Origin: Dehalococcoidia bacterium
GTDB lineage: Bacteria; Chloroflexota; Dehalococcoidia; SHYB01
Direction: 5' to 3'
Assembly: GCA_965219875.1 (NCBI GenBank)
Contig: CBDCOW010000003.1
Coordinates: 1,165,892-1,229,891, forward strand
DNA: 64,000 nucleotides
Below the pieces are notes generated by a model that worked only from the letters and a program-made list of their open reading frames with translations, was not told the origin of the DNA and ran no database searches. The position numbers and the translations under genes are program-made. Of this stretch, positions 18,940 through 28,832 are shown one piece after another; the first letter of the stretch is position 1, and the number at the start of each line of letters is the position of its first letter.

Positions 18940-20268
18940 ATGAGGGGGCGCGATGTACAGAGGGCCAGAGCGGCCCAGGTGGGCCTGCTGATGAGGTCCT
19001 ACCGCGAGTCTTTTTCCCTGGGAGGCGGTCGGAGGGGGCTGACGCAGGAAGCGCTGCTGGAGCGGATGGGGGCGGTGGACGGTGACTACGCGGAGCGGTA
19101 CAGCCACGCCACAGTCTCGCGATGGGAATCCGGCGGCACCCGCCCTACGCTTCAGCGGCTGAGGGTATTTGGCAAAGCCCTCGCCCTGTCGCGGACAGAG
19201 GTAGCCGGTCTCATATTGCTGGCAGGGCTGGCGACTGACTTCCGGGCGGCGTTGGGTCAGGTCACCGGGAGCGATAGTGACGGGGCCATTGGCCACGCTG
19301 CAACGCCGGATCCGAGATCTGATCCCTACGTTGCGGCTGGCACCGAAGCTACGAAGATCGAAAGCACGACGTCAATCCTCAGGACTGCAATCCTCTTCTG
19401 GTTCTTGAGGGTCCTGCCGCTCGGGATGTGCATAGTGGGCGGGTATGTGCTGTCGTTCTACGGCTGGAACAACTCATGGATGCCCACGGCGTACGTCGCT
19501 TTCGCAATTGGAATCGTACTGGTGCAGGGGTTCTTGCTGCCGGAACGTAGCGCTCCCTTCAGAGAATTCTTCTGGGTTTCGCTGTTCTTCCTGTTGACCA
19601 CGCCCCTGCTGCAGTTCGCCTCGACACGCGTGGACCACTACAACTTTCACACGATTGGGAATCTTGCCGGCACCCAGATGCCCTACATGCTGGCGCTTCT
19701 CCTGAACCTGGTGATCGCAGCTGCAGCTGGGCTGATGTTCCAGCTGCTATGGAAACGGCAGTACTCAGGCGGCAGCGATGGGAGCAGCGCCCTCCGACGG
19801 GCGGCCGGCGTGGCATTGCCGCCGGTGATCTCCGTGTACGCTGTTGTCGTTGTCATCACCAACATCTCGGTATCGATACAATTGGCGGTCCTAATGCCGC
19901 TGTTGGGTGCTGTCTTCGCCACATTGCTGGTATTGCGCGACCCTGCTTTCAACCCCAGGGAGCGCGACCGGATGTTCCTGCTCTCGACAGCGTCGGTGTT
20001 GACGATGATCTCGGCGACATTGTGGATAGTTGCCATGATGGCGATCTACCTGTCGCCGGACCTGCCGAGAGTCTTGCCGGACCACAACCTGTTGCGTTCC
20101 TGGGAAATAGATTTCGCCGAGTTGGGCCTCAGCCGGGAAGAGGCGCTGGACGGGTTGAACTTGGGATACATGTGGCACGCGATCTGGGTCTTCGCCTTCA
20201 TGTTCTTTGTTGTCGGCGGCAGACTGATTGTGTCCATCTACCGGATTGACGGCGGCCAACGACGATGA
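18940..20268 (+). CDS. XRE-type HTH regulator fused to a multi-pass membrane domain
   Basis: LTQEALLERM...TVSRWESGGTRP HTH at the N-terminus, followed by about 7-8 hydrophobic segments. Confidence 0.8.
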   Translation: MRGRDVQRARAAQVGLLMRSYRESFSLGGGRRGLTQEALLERMGAVDGDYAERYSHATVSRWESGGTRPTLQRLRVFGKALALSRTEVAGLILLAGLATDFRAALGQVTGSDSDGAIGHAATPDPRSDPYVAAGTEATKIESTTSILRTAILFWFLRVLPLGMCIVGGYVLSFYGWNNSWMPTAYVAFAIGIVLVQGFLLPERSAPFREFFWVSLFFLLTTPLLQFASTRVDHYNFHTIGNLAGTQMPYMLALLLNLVIAAAAGLMFQLLWKRQYSGGSDGSSALRRAAGVALPPVISVYAVVVVITNISVSIQLAVLMPLLGAVFATLLVLRDPAFNPRERDRMFLLSTASVLTMISATLWIVAMMAIYLSPDLPRVLPDHNLLRSWEIDFAELGLSREEALDGLNLGYMWHAIWVFAFMFFVVGGRLIVSIYRIDGGQRR

Positions 20269-20428
20269 GGGCCCAGGGGCAGAGGCAGAGAAGCCCACCA
20301 ACGTAGCTGCGCGAGGCTCTACGGCTTCGTAGACTGCATTCTGGCCGTCCGAGTCCAGAGTGCCTTCACGCCCTAGCTCTACGAGCAGTTTCCCTTGGAA
20401 GAGCTCCTCACTGAGCCTCACTGAGCGC

Positions 20429-20457
20429 TTGACGCCATATGGCGCACTGGCTACAGT
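20429..20457 (+). promoter_or_regulatory. Sigma70 promoter, copy 1
   Basis: TTGACG-N17-TACAGT. The hexamers are identical in copy 2 while the spacer diverges. Confidence 0.75.
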
Positions 20458-20460
20458 ATA

Positions 20461-20526
20461 GCTACCACCCCTATCGCTTCGCCGGTAGGGTCGAGACCGC
20501 CCTCCGAGGCGGTCTCTGTCTTTGTT
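20461..20526 (+). ncRNA. Candidate small RNA or attenuator leader (two hairpins + U-rich tail), copy 1
   Basis: CCCTATCG/CGGTAGGG stem, then a perfect GAGACCGCC/GGCGGTCTC stem and TGTCTTTGTT. Confidence 0.55.
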
Positions 20527-20737
20527 AGGGAGTAACGACTCAACGTCATAACAGACGGCGTCAGTCTCTACTACGGCTCCCTAAAGGATGCGTATAGCCA
20601 AGACCACGGAGCACCTGAGCTGACCGCCTCAGCCTTCCGTTTGCATTTCCAGGGCCAGCACCCCACGGCGGGAATCTACAGACGCGAGTTCGAATCCCCA
20701 CAGGCCGCCTCTGGCGACGGCGGAGTCCAAGCAGCGA

Positions 20738-20914
20738 ATGCTGAGGTTGGAGATTGCGATCATCGAGCAACACGAGTTGACCTTGCCCCCGGCGTCTTAC
20801 CACTGGGACCAGTTCGACAGGAGGGATCATGCTCGGCGCCGAAGGCTGTCTCTGGGCGATGCCCGCGTGGAGCGCAACCGGGCGCTGATGCGTCGGTCGC
20901 TGTGGCGGAACTAG
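20738..20914 (+). pseudogene. Small ORF / 3' remnant of an unknown gene
   Basis: MLRLEIAIIEQHELTLPPASYHWDQFDRR...; the upstream in-frame peptide STDASSNPHRP is homologous to STDADWNSHRP in repeat copy 2. Confidence 0.3.
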
Positions 20915-20959
20915 GTCCATCGGGGGTTTGGCCGGGTAGTAGTGACCCGTCCACATTCA

Positions 20960-21823
20960 TTAGACAAGTCCCAATAGCTCGACAGCGATGTCGTCAACGC
21001 TCTTCAGCGACGTATTCAAAGCGACTTTATCTGCAAGCGTCGGACTGTATCGTGCAACCTCGTCGAGAGAAACCTTGTGCCATATGGGAAGAATCCTGCT
21101 ACGCCCCTGAATTTCGAGAGTAACAAGCCCATCTAGTTCTCTTTGTGGCCACTCCTTCTTGAAAAAAGCCTCTGAGAGAACCACCACTCCGAATTGTGAG
21201 TTCGCCAAGCCACGGTCGATCTCTCTGCGCAGGCTATCGCCGACGCTGAGCGTGAATTCGTCGTACCAGACACTGGCTCCTTTGGCTTCGAGAGTCTCCG
21301 CCAGATGACGAACTAAAGACTCCTTATCTTCGCTGGCATGACAGATAAAGAAGTCATAGTCTTCATGGGTGGGTGGCTCGATCATGGGCAACCGAGATAC
21401 CTGAGCACGCTGCGATACTTCCCTCGTAACCCGACGCTCATGTTCCTCACGTTCTCGAATCAGGCGTTTCTGTTCCTGAGCGCTCTTCCTGCTTTGGCGG
21501 TCCGTCTCAGTAGCAAGCTTCTTCCGCTCCCGTTCACTCTCGCGCGCTTGGCGCTCTTCATAGGAGTGCAATCTTCTTGACTTGTCGGCTATCTGCCTCC
21601 CCAGATTCGCCAACCTCTTCTCCACTGAGGCGAGGTCTCTATAAGCGTTCTCAACCTCTCTGGTCTTTGACTTGAGCGTTGAGGAGCTTTTCGTTCTTGA
21701 AGCAGCATCGTTGGCTCGGTTGATCCTCCCGACTAGGTCAGCTTGTCTCTGCCGCTCTCGCGCCTCGCGCTCCCTAAGTGAGGCGATATCTCTGTTGAGG
21801 TTGTCAATCTGGCTGGTAGTCAT
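20960..21823 (-). CDS. Coiled-coil + TIR domain protein (TcpB/TirS/AbTir-like, putative NADase)
   Basis: YDFFICHASEDK...VWYDEF...GDSLRREIDRGL...WPQRELDGL with the catalytic Glu, and an N-terminal heptad-rich helix. ATG 21823 after AGGTGG. Confidence 0.93.
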   Translation of the reverse strand: MTTSQIDNLNRDIASLREREARERQRQADLVGRINRANDAASRTKSSSTLKSKTREVENAYRDLASVEKRLANLGRQIADKSRRLHSYEERQARESERERKKLATETDRQSRKSAQEQKRLIREREEHERRVTREVSQRAQVSRLPMIEPPTHEDYDFFICHASEDKESLVRHLAETLEAKGASVWYDEFTLSVGDSLRREIDRGLANSQFGVVVLSEAFFKKEWPQRELDGLVTLEIQGRSRILPIWHKVSLDEVARYSPTLADKVALNTSLKSVDDIAVELLGLV

Positions 21824-22088
21824 ACAGGCAATACCACCTGATAGCACACGACTCCCAGGTCTTCTTCGGTTATTGGCTCCGGCGCTTGGGGTGCTTCCAC
21901 CGGGCGCAAACAGTGTTCCATCTGGCATAGGGCCAGGCCATGTCCGCTCTTCATCCCGATGATCCATGAACCAGCGGGAGGGCGGACTGGTGGCGACTTG
22001 GAAGCTGTCCTATGGACTTATTGACGTCGAGCATTTAGCCTTGCCTCACTTATGTGTTGCAGCTTACCGCACCCTAAGTGTCGTCTAA

Positions 22089-25000
22089 CTACGACCCCAG
22101 CGAGCGGTATGCCCATCCCTGGCGCCGCAGCAGGTTGAAAGTATCCAGTGTGCGTATCTCTCCCTGTGTGCAAGTTAACTTTGCCTGTGCCAGCAATCCG
22201 GATGGCTTCGCTAAATCCCAGAGAGGATGGGCTATGATGACCTGCTTGCCGCCAACCTCGAAACCCGGCAGCGGGCCGAAATCCCGGGGAGTAGTGGTGT
22301 TGAATGAACTGCAGAAGGAATCTCTCAACCTGGCTGCTAGATCAAGCCAGCCCTCCAAATCCGGCAGAGAGAAATCGCCATCAAGCCCGCAAGTGAACGC
22401 CGGGGAATGAAGGGTCCTCAAGAAAGAAATGCCAAGCCGCCAGTCGAGCAGGCCATGAAAGGCCATATTTCTGTAGTTCCTCAGGCAATCATATCCAGAA
22501 GAGTCGCATGCTCTTCTATGGTCGTCTGATATGAGTGCGCCGATGATGCTGTTCCTTGGCTCTGTCAAGCTCGTCGTCGTCGCCAGAATACGTGCCCAGT
22601 TACCTTCGAGCCATGCCGTAAAGCCAGCTCCATTCGCCAGGTGATCATTGATGATAATCTCCCCAGCCTTCGTTCCACCTGCCAGTTCGACTTGCCTTAC
22701 GTTGCTAATGTCGAGTTCGTCGGGGTCCACGTCTAGTTCTTCCGCGGCAACGAATCTGAGGATGAATGCAGCCGAATAGTATGCTGCCTTTATGCCGGCT
22801 GAAGCCAGAGGGTCAAGTAGGAGGCCCGGGGATGCGGTAGCTGGCCTGATTCGAAGCACATCCGTGGTCTTGGGAGATACTATGGCAAGAGATTCCGGTT
22901 CCGCTTGCGGAGTGAAACCCATTTCGTCGTCAGACTGGAATCTCCGGTCTATCCACTGGTTCTCGAGCCTTAGTCCCCTAAGTGTGGTTGTCCCCAACGC
23001 GCCCGAGAACAGCTGGCCGCGCCGGTTATTGACCCTGTAGATCCTTCCTGCTGCGGAGTATGCAATCGCGCTGTTGGTGTGCGGAACAGGTTGACACGGC
23101 AGTGGATCTGACTCGGCAACCGTGGAAACACCTGTAGCGAGAAGCTCCCCCTCTTCGATGGCGTCTCTGCCCTTGCTCAAGGTAGTCCGGAATGCGAGCG
23201 GCACAGCGAACTGGAACAAGCGGAACGCTGGCTCATCGCTAGTCGCACACCCACATGCTGGACACCGGTCATCTTGAGGCTGGGCTTCAGAAGTGTTTGT
23301 GTAGTGACAACGTTCGCAGCGTGACATCCAACGCCGGGCGGGCAATGGGTCGTCTGTACTTGGATGCCACCGAGCCCCGCGGCCCTGCAAAGGAGCCGTA
23401 AACCCGATCGCCCGGTGCACGCGCTTGTCCTTGGTTCTCTGGGAACCCGGAGCGAATTCGGTGATGGCCAGGTCTAGGTCCCGGTCGATTTCCGAGGACC
23501 CCCGCCCTGAGAGCTCGTGATAAAGCACGCGCACTCTCGACGGCATACCATACATCGGAAGAATCGCAGCCTCCGCGAGACGCTCGGCCAGCCCATCACC
23601 TGTGAGTTCAGGGTTTGTACACGCTAGCTGGATCCTGTCGAACAACTGCTGTCTGGCGTAGAGCACAAGGTCGCCTGGGGAAACGCCTCCTGGCGAGCCG
23701 TCACATAGAGATGACGCTATGTGATCTATGTCCTGGGCATTCTGTAGCCAGTCCCTGATCGCGTCTCTCCTAGCAGCATCATCCAGCCAGTTCGCCACTA
23801 ACCCCAATTCACCGTGACTGTCCGGTGGACTAGGGCTCTCCCACCAGCGAACTCCAGCGTTCAAGAAGGCCAGGCGGAGGGACTCCTTTACCATCAACCG
23901 CTGGGCAATTTCCGGACGGGATGTGGAGAGAAACGGCACGGGGGCTGGGTCACCTGTAATTCGCTCCGGGTACCGGTAGTAGAACTCGTCGTGACTACGG
24001 CCCCGGCAAACGGTAAGCACTGTTGCGAATGCCTGCCCTCGTCTCCCCGCCCGGCCTGCCCGCTGCTGGTAGTTGAAGCGCATGGGAGGCATGTTCCCCA
24101 GGACAACGCCCTGGAGACTCCCGATGTCTATGCCAACCTCCATCGTCGTGGTCACACTCAGCATGTCAATCTCATCAACCACCGGCACGATCGGGTGAGT
24201 TTCCCTTCTACTCAGATCTACAGTGATGTTGCGGAACAATCTCTGCCGTTCTGGCTGGTCGTCGGTCTGCGCGGAGAGTTCCTCGGAATGCAGACGCAAG
24301 GGTGGACGGAGCTCCACCGCTTCCTTTGCGTAGTAGTTGCGCTGGTGCAAATCGTCACAGGTTGCGTCAGGAGCGTTGTCAAGCTCCGCTTGGCAAAACA
24401 GGCTAGTGCAGACCCTTGGATTGTAGAGGTGTGGTCTTCTACACGACGGGCAAGTCCAGACAGGGTCGGTAGGGATAGCAATGCGGACGAGGAGGCGCCG
24501 GGGGTTGATGATCAGGTTTGAGTGCCCCCCGGCTCCGCAGATAGCCTTCCACACAACCTCAAGTAGCCTGTTTTCTCCAATCCCATGAACGCCTGCGCAG
24601 TTCTTCACATAGTTCCGGAGTCCTGCTCGCGCGGATTCCCAATCCGGCCAGCTAAGAACTGGAGGCGCATCTGGGTCCTCCTGCGGGAATCGATACAAAT
24701 CGCCCATCACCCGGAGCGTACCGTTCAGGATGCTCTTGAAGTCCTGAGGCGACAGCCCACACTCACCCCCCAGCCGTTCGACATCTTCGCCTGCTAGATC
24801 GACCATCGCATAGCCGAGCCCCGCGGTCTCGAATCCGAAGTACAGCCGTGCGAAGAGGACAGAGCAAATCTCACTCATCACCTTGGAACGCAACCGTTCG
24901 CGTCCAAATTGAAGACCCTTCGGCGAGAGATCAGACCGCCACCCACCTTCTTCGTCAAGAAAATCAAACAGAGATGTCCATCTTCGCCATTCGCTGTCGT

Positions 25001-27836
25001 ACAGGAACTCCTGGTAGAGGATGTCCTGGCCACCAGGATTGACTCCAAGTGCCTTGAACCTGCGGATGAGCAGGCCCGGTCCCTCTCCATCTCCATCCTC
25101 GAAGAGTGCACGGAGGGGGACTGTCCGGGTTGTGCCCCGTGTAGATATCTCATCTAGTTCAAGCTTGGCATCAGACACGTACTTCTCCAAGTTCGAACGC
25201 ATACCGGGGTCCGGGACGTCAGGAATGGTCAACTGTGCCCGCTGCAACAGGCCCATGAAACGCTCAACAAGCCCGGGATTATCCCCGGCCAACTCTCTGG
25301 CCTCCAGGCTGGACGGATCCTCCTTGGCCTGCAATTCAGAGAGGAGCAACGGCTCCCTGATTGCCACCTTGCTTAACTCGTTGTACATGGCCTCTCGCAC
25401 CATGTCGAGATAGTGAGACCGTTCAATGCCATTGGCGAGTTCGGCGGCATCCTGCCGGCTGTCGGAGAAGATGACTAGTTTCTTGGATCCCTCAGGTAGG
25501 AAGTAGAACATCTCCTTGGACAGAAGCTGGCTCACCTTCGTGAAACCAGTACGGAACCCGCGAACCGGCGATTTCCGGATCCTGCGTCTCGTATAGTCTG
25601 CCCCGCACAAGGGACACATTGAAGGCAAAGCTCCGATCTTGTCCTCGTCGCTGGGATTTGGTATGACGAATGCGTATCCTGGAACCAGGCTCGATGCACC
25701 ACCCGCTAATCCTTGACGGACCCGTCCGGTTGCCGGGTCTAGCGTGGCTGGCATCCACCGGGCGTCCTCCCTGTTCTCCTCGAGACCCGGCTGGCGCCAT
25801 TTCTGCGAGTCAGCGTTCAGACTAGCTCCACCAGAGGGCCAGAACACAGCGAACTCCCTGTAGTTTCGTCTTTCGACAAAACGGGCCGCGTGACGATCAG
25901 GGATACCCTCTATGTCTGCGTCGGCCGTCAGGAGCTCCCACCCTTGATTGGCGGGCAATCTAAACCGGCTTCCCCCGAACATGGTTGTGCCGCATACCTC
26001 GCAGTACAGCATTTCTAGGACTCTATGCGGGTTGACCTGGTCATTGCAGAGGATTCGAGAGTCCCGGAACAGTTCCCCCGTTGTGCGGTTAGCCACCATG
26101 TCTTCAGGAGCACAGTTGCATCCCGGGCTAGTGCACGCCCAGAGCCCCTCAATGTTCCTGAAGAACCAGTGCAGCCTGAACGAAGGGAGGCGTGAGTTCT
26201 GCCCGCACAAGTCGCGGGTCATGAGAAGACCACGAGTTGCATCTGTTGCGGTCTGCTCGTCACAGCCGTTGCCGAATAGCCGACGTGAGAATTCGGAGAG
26301 ACGGGTAGCCCTCGTGATTTCGCCGTCGTAGCAGGCGGAGAGCATCCTCGCTCCAACATCCAGGTTTTCCGGCCCGAGCGCCTCTTCAAGGCTCACATCT
26401 GCAGCGGTGGAGGCCGAGTCCCCTGGTTGGAGTAGTGTCGCTACTAGGGTAGCCGGATCGCTGGTCCCTTGACTCACAAGATCGGCCACAGCGGCAAAAG
26501 GTCCTGCTGGCAGTGTGATGCCCGGGTCGAAGGCAGGGGTTTCAGCCGGGTATCCAGGGACGATCTGGGAGCTATCCCATCCGCGTCCAAAGAAGCCTGA
26601 CAAGAACTCTAGGCTCTGTGGATCGTCTTGTTCTAGCGAAGCACTGGAACCCAGGATCCTCAGCTTGGGGCTATCCGGGGACAGTCCCAGCCTGAGCAGC
26701 AGCAGTTTCAACAGATACGCTACTTCGGTCCCGGCCGTTCCCCTGTAAAGGTGAATCTCATCAACGACCAGATGAAAGACACTCCCCTCCTTTTCTAGCC
26801 ACTTCCTGGTTTTCTCGAAAATGCCGTTGTCGGCGTCGCGCATCAACATGATGCTAAGCATGCTGAAGTTGGTGATCAGAATGTCGGGAGGGGCATCCTG
26901 CATATCCCATCTGGAGCGCATTTCCTCGCCATCTAGGCGAGGAAAGAAGTAGCGCACGTCTTCATCGCCGCTCTGTTGCGCGTACTCTTCAACTGCTTCT
27001 GCCGCAGCTCCAGTTTCCTTGAGCTTCGCCGCAAGTTCTTCAATTCGCCGCCGGTCAGGAGTTTGCTTGCCTGTGCTAGTGGGCCGGCCGAATTCATGAC
27101 CTGGCACTGGCGTTATCCCGTTATACCGGCCAAAGTAGATCTTGTTCCCCTCACGATAATCGTCAAACCACTGGCGGGCTTCTGCGGAGTCAAGGCTGCG
27201 GCGAAGGCGGCTAAGCTGGTCTTCAACCAGGGCATTCATTGGATAGAGGATCAGGCCTCGCACGGCAGCATCACGTGTTTCGTGGGCCCGCTGCGAAACT
27301 CTCAACGACCTTACGATTCTCCGAGAACTACCGCGCAGGGGAATACACTCATTGCGCCAATCCTCATCCGCCCACCAATCGTCCTGGTGGGATAACCGCT
27401 TCCCAGGCTGGCTCCAGCCTGCCGACTCCCGGACCAGGTAGGCTATGAGGGGTAGCAGGAAAGACTCCGTTTTCCCCGAGCCAGTTCCTGCTGTGACTAC
27501 AGCGCTGGTACCCTTGAGCGCCTTCTCTAGCATCTCAACCTGGTGCTGGTAGAGCTGGAAGTTCCCAACGAGACCGCAAGCGGCTAGCCTTTTGAAATCA
27601 GTTAACGCGCCAGCATCTAATCCCGGGACGTCTGAACCGGCGAGATCCCAGATGGTTTTGCCAGATGACCGGTACCGGGGCAGCGGCTCGATCCACGGCT
27701 CCTGGCAAATCGCTCCAGGCCGCCTAAGCATCCGCTCGCGCTCGGCTTCAAGGCCAGGGTACTGGGTGCCGAAGGCGGTCTTGACGTAGTTGATGTAGCT
27801 TTCCTTGACCTTTTCGAAGGCAGCTATGACGTCCAT
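22089..27836 (-). CDS. druE: Large SF2 DEAD/DEAH helicase with C-terminal DUF1998 (Druantia DruE-like)
   Basis: [57 protein letters not shown]...DCLRNYRN. 1915 aa and intact. Confidence 0.88.
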   Translation of the reverse strand: MDVIAAFEKVKESYINYVKTAFGTQYPGLEAERERMLRRPGAICQEPWIEPLPRYRSSGKTIWDLAGSDVPGLDAGALTDFKRLAACGLVGNFQLYQHQVEMLEKALKGTSAVVTAGTGSGKTESFLLPLIAYLVRESAGWSQPGKRLSHQDDWWADEDWRNECIPLRGSSRRIVRSLRVSQRAHETRDAAVRGLILYPMNALVEDQLSRLRRSLDSAEARQWFDDYREGNKIYFGRYNGITPVPGHEFGRPTSTGKQTPDRRRIEELAAKLKETGAAAEAVEEYAQQSGDEDVRYFFPRLDGEEMRSRWDMQDAPPDILITNFSMLSIMLMRDADNGIFEKTRKWLEKEGSVFHLVVDEIHLYRGTAGTEVAYLLKLLLLRLGLSPDSPKLRILGSSASLEQDDPQSLEFLSGFFGRGWDSSQIVPGYPAETPAFDPGITLPAGPFAAVADLVSQGTSDPATLVATLLQPGDSASTAADVSLEEALGPENLDVGARMLSACYDGEITRATRLSEFSRRLFGNGCDEQTATDATRGLLMTRDLCGQNSRLPSFRLHWFFRNIEGLWACTSPGCNCAPEDMVANRTTGELFRDSRILCNDQVNPHRVLEMLYCEVCGTTMFGGSRFRLPANQGWELLTADADIEGIPDRHAARFVERRNYREFAVFWPSGGASLNADSQKWRQPGLEENREDARWMPATLDPATGRVRQGLAGGASSLVPGYAFVIPNPSDEDKIGALPSMCPLCGADYTRRRIRKSPVRGFRTGFTKVSQLLSKEMFYFLPEGSKKLVIFSDSRQDAAELANGIERSHYLDMVREAMYNELSKVAIREPLLLSELQAKEDPSSLEARELAGDNPGLVERFMGLLQRAQLTIPDVPDPGMRSNLEKYVSDAKLELDEISTRGTTRTVPLRALFEDGDGEGPGLLIRRFKALGVNPGGQDILYQEFLYDSEWRRWTSLFDFLDEEGGWRSDLSPKGLQFGRERLRSKVMSEICSVLFARLYFGFETAGLGYAMVDLAGEDVERLGGECGLSPQDFKSILNGTLRVMGDLYRFPQEDPDAPPVLSWPDWESARAGLRNYVKNCAGVHGIGENRLLEVVWKAICGAGGHSNLIINPRRLLVRIAIPTDPVWTCPSCRRPHLYNPRVCTSLFCQAELDNAPDATCDDLHQRNYYAKEAVELRPPLRLHSEELSAQTDDQPERQRLFRNITVDLSRRETHPIVPVVDEIDMLSVTTTMEVGIDIGSLQGVVLGNMPPMRFNYQQRAGRAGRRGQAFATVLTVCRGRSHDEFYYRYPERITGDPAPVPFLSTSRPEIAQRLMVKESLRLAFLNAGVRWWESPSPPDSHGELGLVANWLDDAARRDAIRDWLQNAQDIDHIASSLCDGSPGGVSPGDLVLYARQQLFDRIQLACTNPELTGDGLAERLAEAAILPMYGMPSRVRVLYHELSGRGSSEIDRDLDLAITEFAPGSQRTKDKRVHRAIGFTAPLQGRGARWHPSTDDPLPARRWMSRCERCHYTNTSEAQPQDDRCPACGCATSDEPAFRLFQFAVPLAFRTTLSKGRDAIEEGELLATGVSTVAESDPLPCQPVPHTNSAIAYSAAGRIYRVNNRRGQLFSGALGTTTLRGLRLENQWIDRRFQSDDEMGFTPQAEPESLAIVSPKTTDVLRIRPATASPGLLLDPLASAGIKAAYYSAAFILRFVAAEELDVDPDELDISNVRQVELAGGTKAGEIIINDHLANGAGFTAWLEGNWARILATTTSLTEPRNSIIGALISDDHRRACDSSGYDCLRNYRNMAFHGLLDWRLGISFLRTLHSPAFTCGLDGDFSLPDLEGWLDLAARLRDSFCSSFNTTTPRDFGPLPGFEVGGKQVIIAHPLWDLAKPSGLLAQAKLTCTQGEIRTLDTFNLLRRQGWAYRSLGS

Positions 27837-28832
27837 TTATGCTCCTAGTCCAAGATCATGTTGCCCGGCTTTAAGCGCGACCATACGGAAAATACTCGGG
27901 GGCACGTCCTTGAAGACCTCACAGGGGATGCGAATGCCTGGACCGGCTTCCACGCTACGCTGGCCGGCGCGAGGCGCATAGCCTGAGCAGAGGCCAAGTG
28001 CCCTAGCAAGCAAGGCTGGAAGTGGCGTTGCTAGCGGAACAAGTACTTCCCTCTTCGCGGGATCGTAGTGCAGGTTTCGTATTGAACATGCAGACAAGAT
28101 TGCGTACCTGGCCCAGTCGGGCTCCAGCTCTGCAAATTGGCCGTCGCGCCAGAGGCGATACCTCCAGATAGTGGTGGCGGGATCCTGGTATCTGCTTAGC
28201 CTCGTCCCGGGAGGCGTTTCCCCATCTGCCTGGAACCTGAGGCTCCGGACATTGAAGTCCTCGCGTTGCCAGTTCAGGTCTTCATCTTCAGACCAGGAGA
28301 GGTCCTGGCAGTATTCGTCCAGCGATACGGAGACGTGTGCCATGATTCTTGCAGGCGGCTGGTGCAGGTAAGGTATCCCCATCCTCTTTGCGGTGGCGCG
28401 GAGGCGCTCATCGCTATCCGCCTTGACCTCGACGCGTGCTGGCGCGTAGGGACTCAAGGAGATCTGTGGTTGCGCAGCGGTCGCTACACCCTCTGCTCTT
28501 GCCGCTTTTCGCAAGTTGACTACGGTGCTGGGAGATCTAGCCCCACAAAGCACGGCCCTGCGTATCCCGAAACCAGGAAGAACTGCCAACGCTGGCGGCG
28601 CTACGGAGATGTTGATCCCCTGGGCTTCGAATCTCACATCAACGTGACCTAGGGAACTCAGCAGGCGAAGCGCTCGCCACCGGTAGTAGAATGCAGCTTC
28701 CTGCTCCTCTCGATTCGACATGACAACATGCCTGCGATGAACTTCATCGAAGCACCTCTTGAAGGTTGCCCAGCTGGTCTCCCTCCATGCGGAAAGCGAG
28801 TAGAGAAGGATGTCGCCACCGTCAAACGCCAC
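27837..28832 (-). CDS. druG: Hypothetical protein in Druantia II position (DruG-like)
   Basis: GTG 28832 after GGGAGG overlaps the upstream stop, and its stop abuts the druE ATG. The symbol rests on size and position. Confidence 0.6.
   Translation of the reverse strand: MAFDGGDILLYSLSAWRETSWATFKRCFDEVHRRHVVMSNREEQEAAFYYRWRALRLLSSLGHVDVRFEAQGINISVAPPALAVLPGFGIRRAVLCGARSPSTVVNLRKAARAEGVATAAQPQISLSPYAPARVEVKADSDERLRATAKRMGIPYLHQPPARIMAHVSVSLDEYCQDLSWSEDEDLNWQREDFNVRSLRFQADGETPPGTRLSRYQDPATTIWRYRLWRDGQFAELEPDWARYAILSACSIRNLHYDPAKREVLVPLATPLPALLARALGLCSGYAPRAGQRSVEAGPGIRIPCEVFKDVPPSIFRMVALKAGQHDLGLGA

Larger units (their letters stand above)
20181..20710 (+). repeat. Diverged direct repeat, copy 1 (3' end of XRE-membrane gene + promoter + RNA hairpins + gene relic)
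   Basis: Aligns with 33193-33715 (offset about 13.0 kb). The core 20461-20526 differs at only 2 nt. Confidence 0.9.

Noticed and set aside
20683-20705. GTTCGAATCC, a tRNA T-loop-like motif
   Set aside because: The flanks (GCGAG / CCCCA) cannot form a T-stem, and there is no acceptor or anticodon arm.
22089-27836. DISARM (DrmA/DrmB) assignment for the helicase
   Set aside because: It is a single 1915-aa helicase-DUF1998 protein with no separate DrmA/DrmB pair and no PLD nuclease. The architecture fits Druantia type II better.
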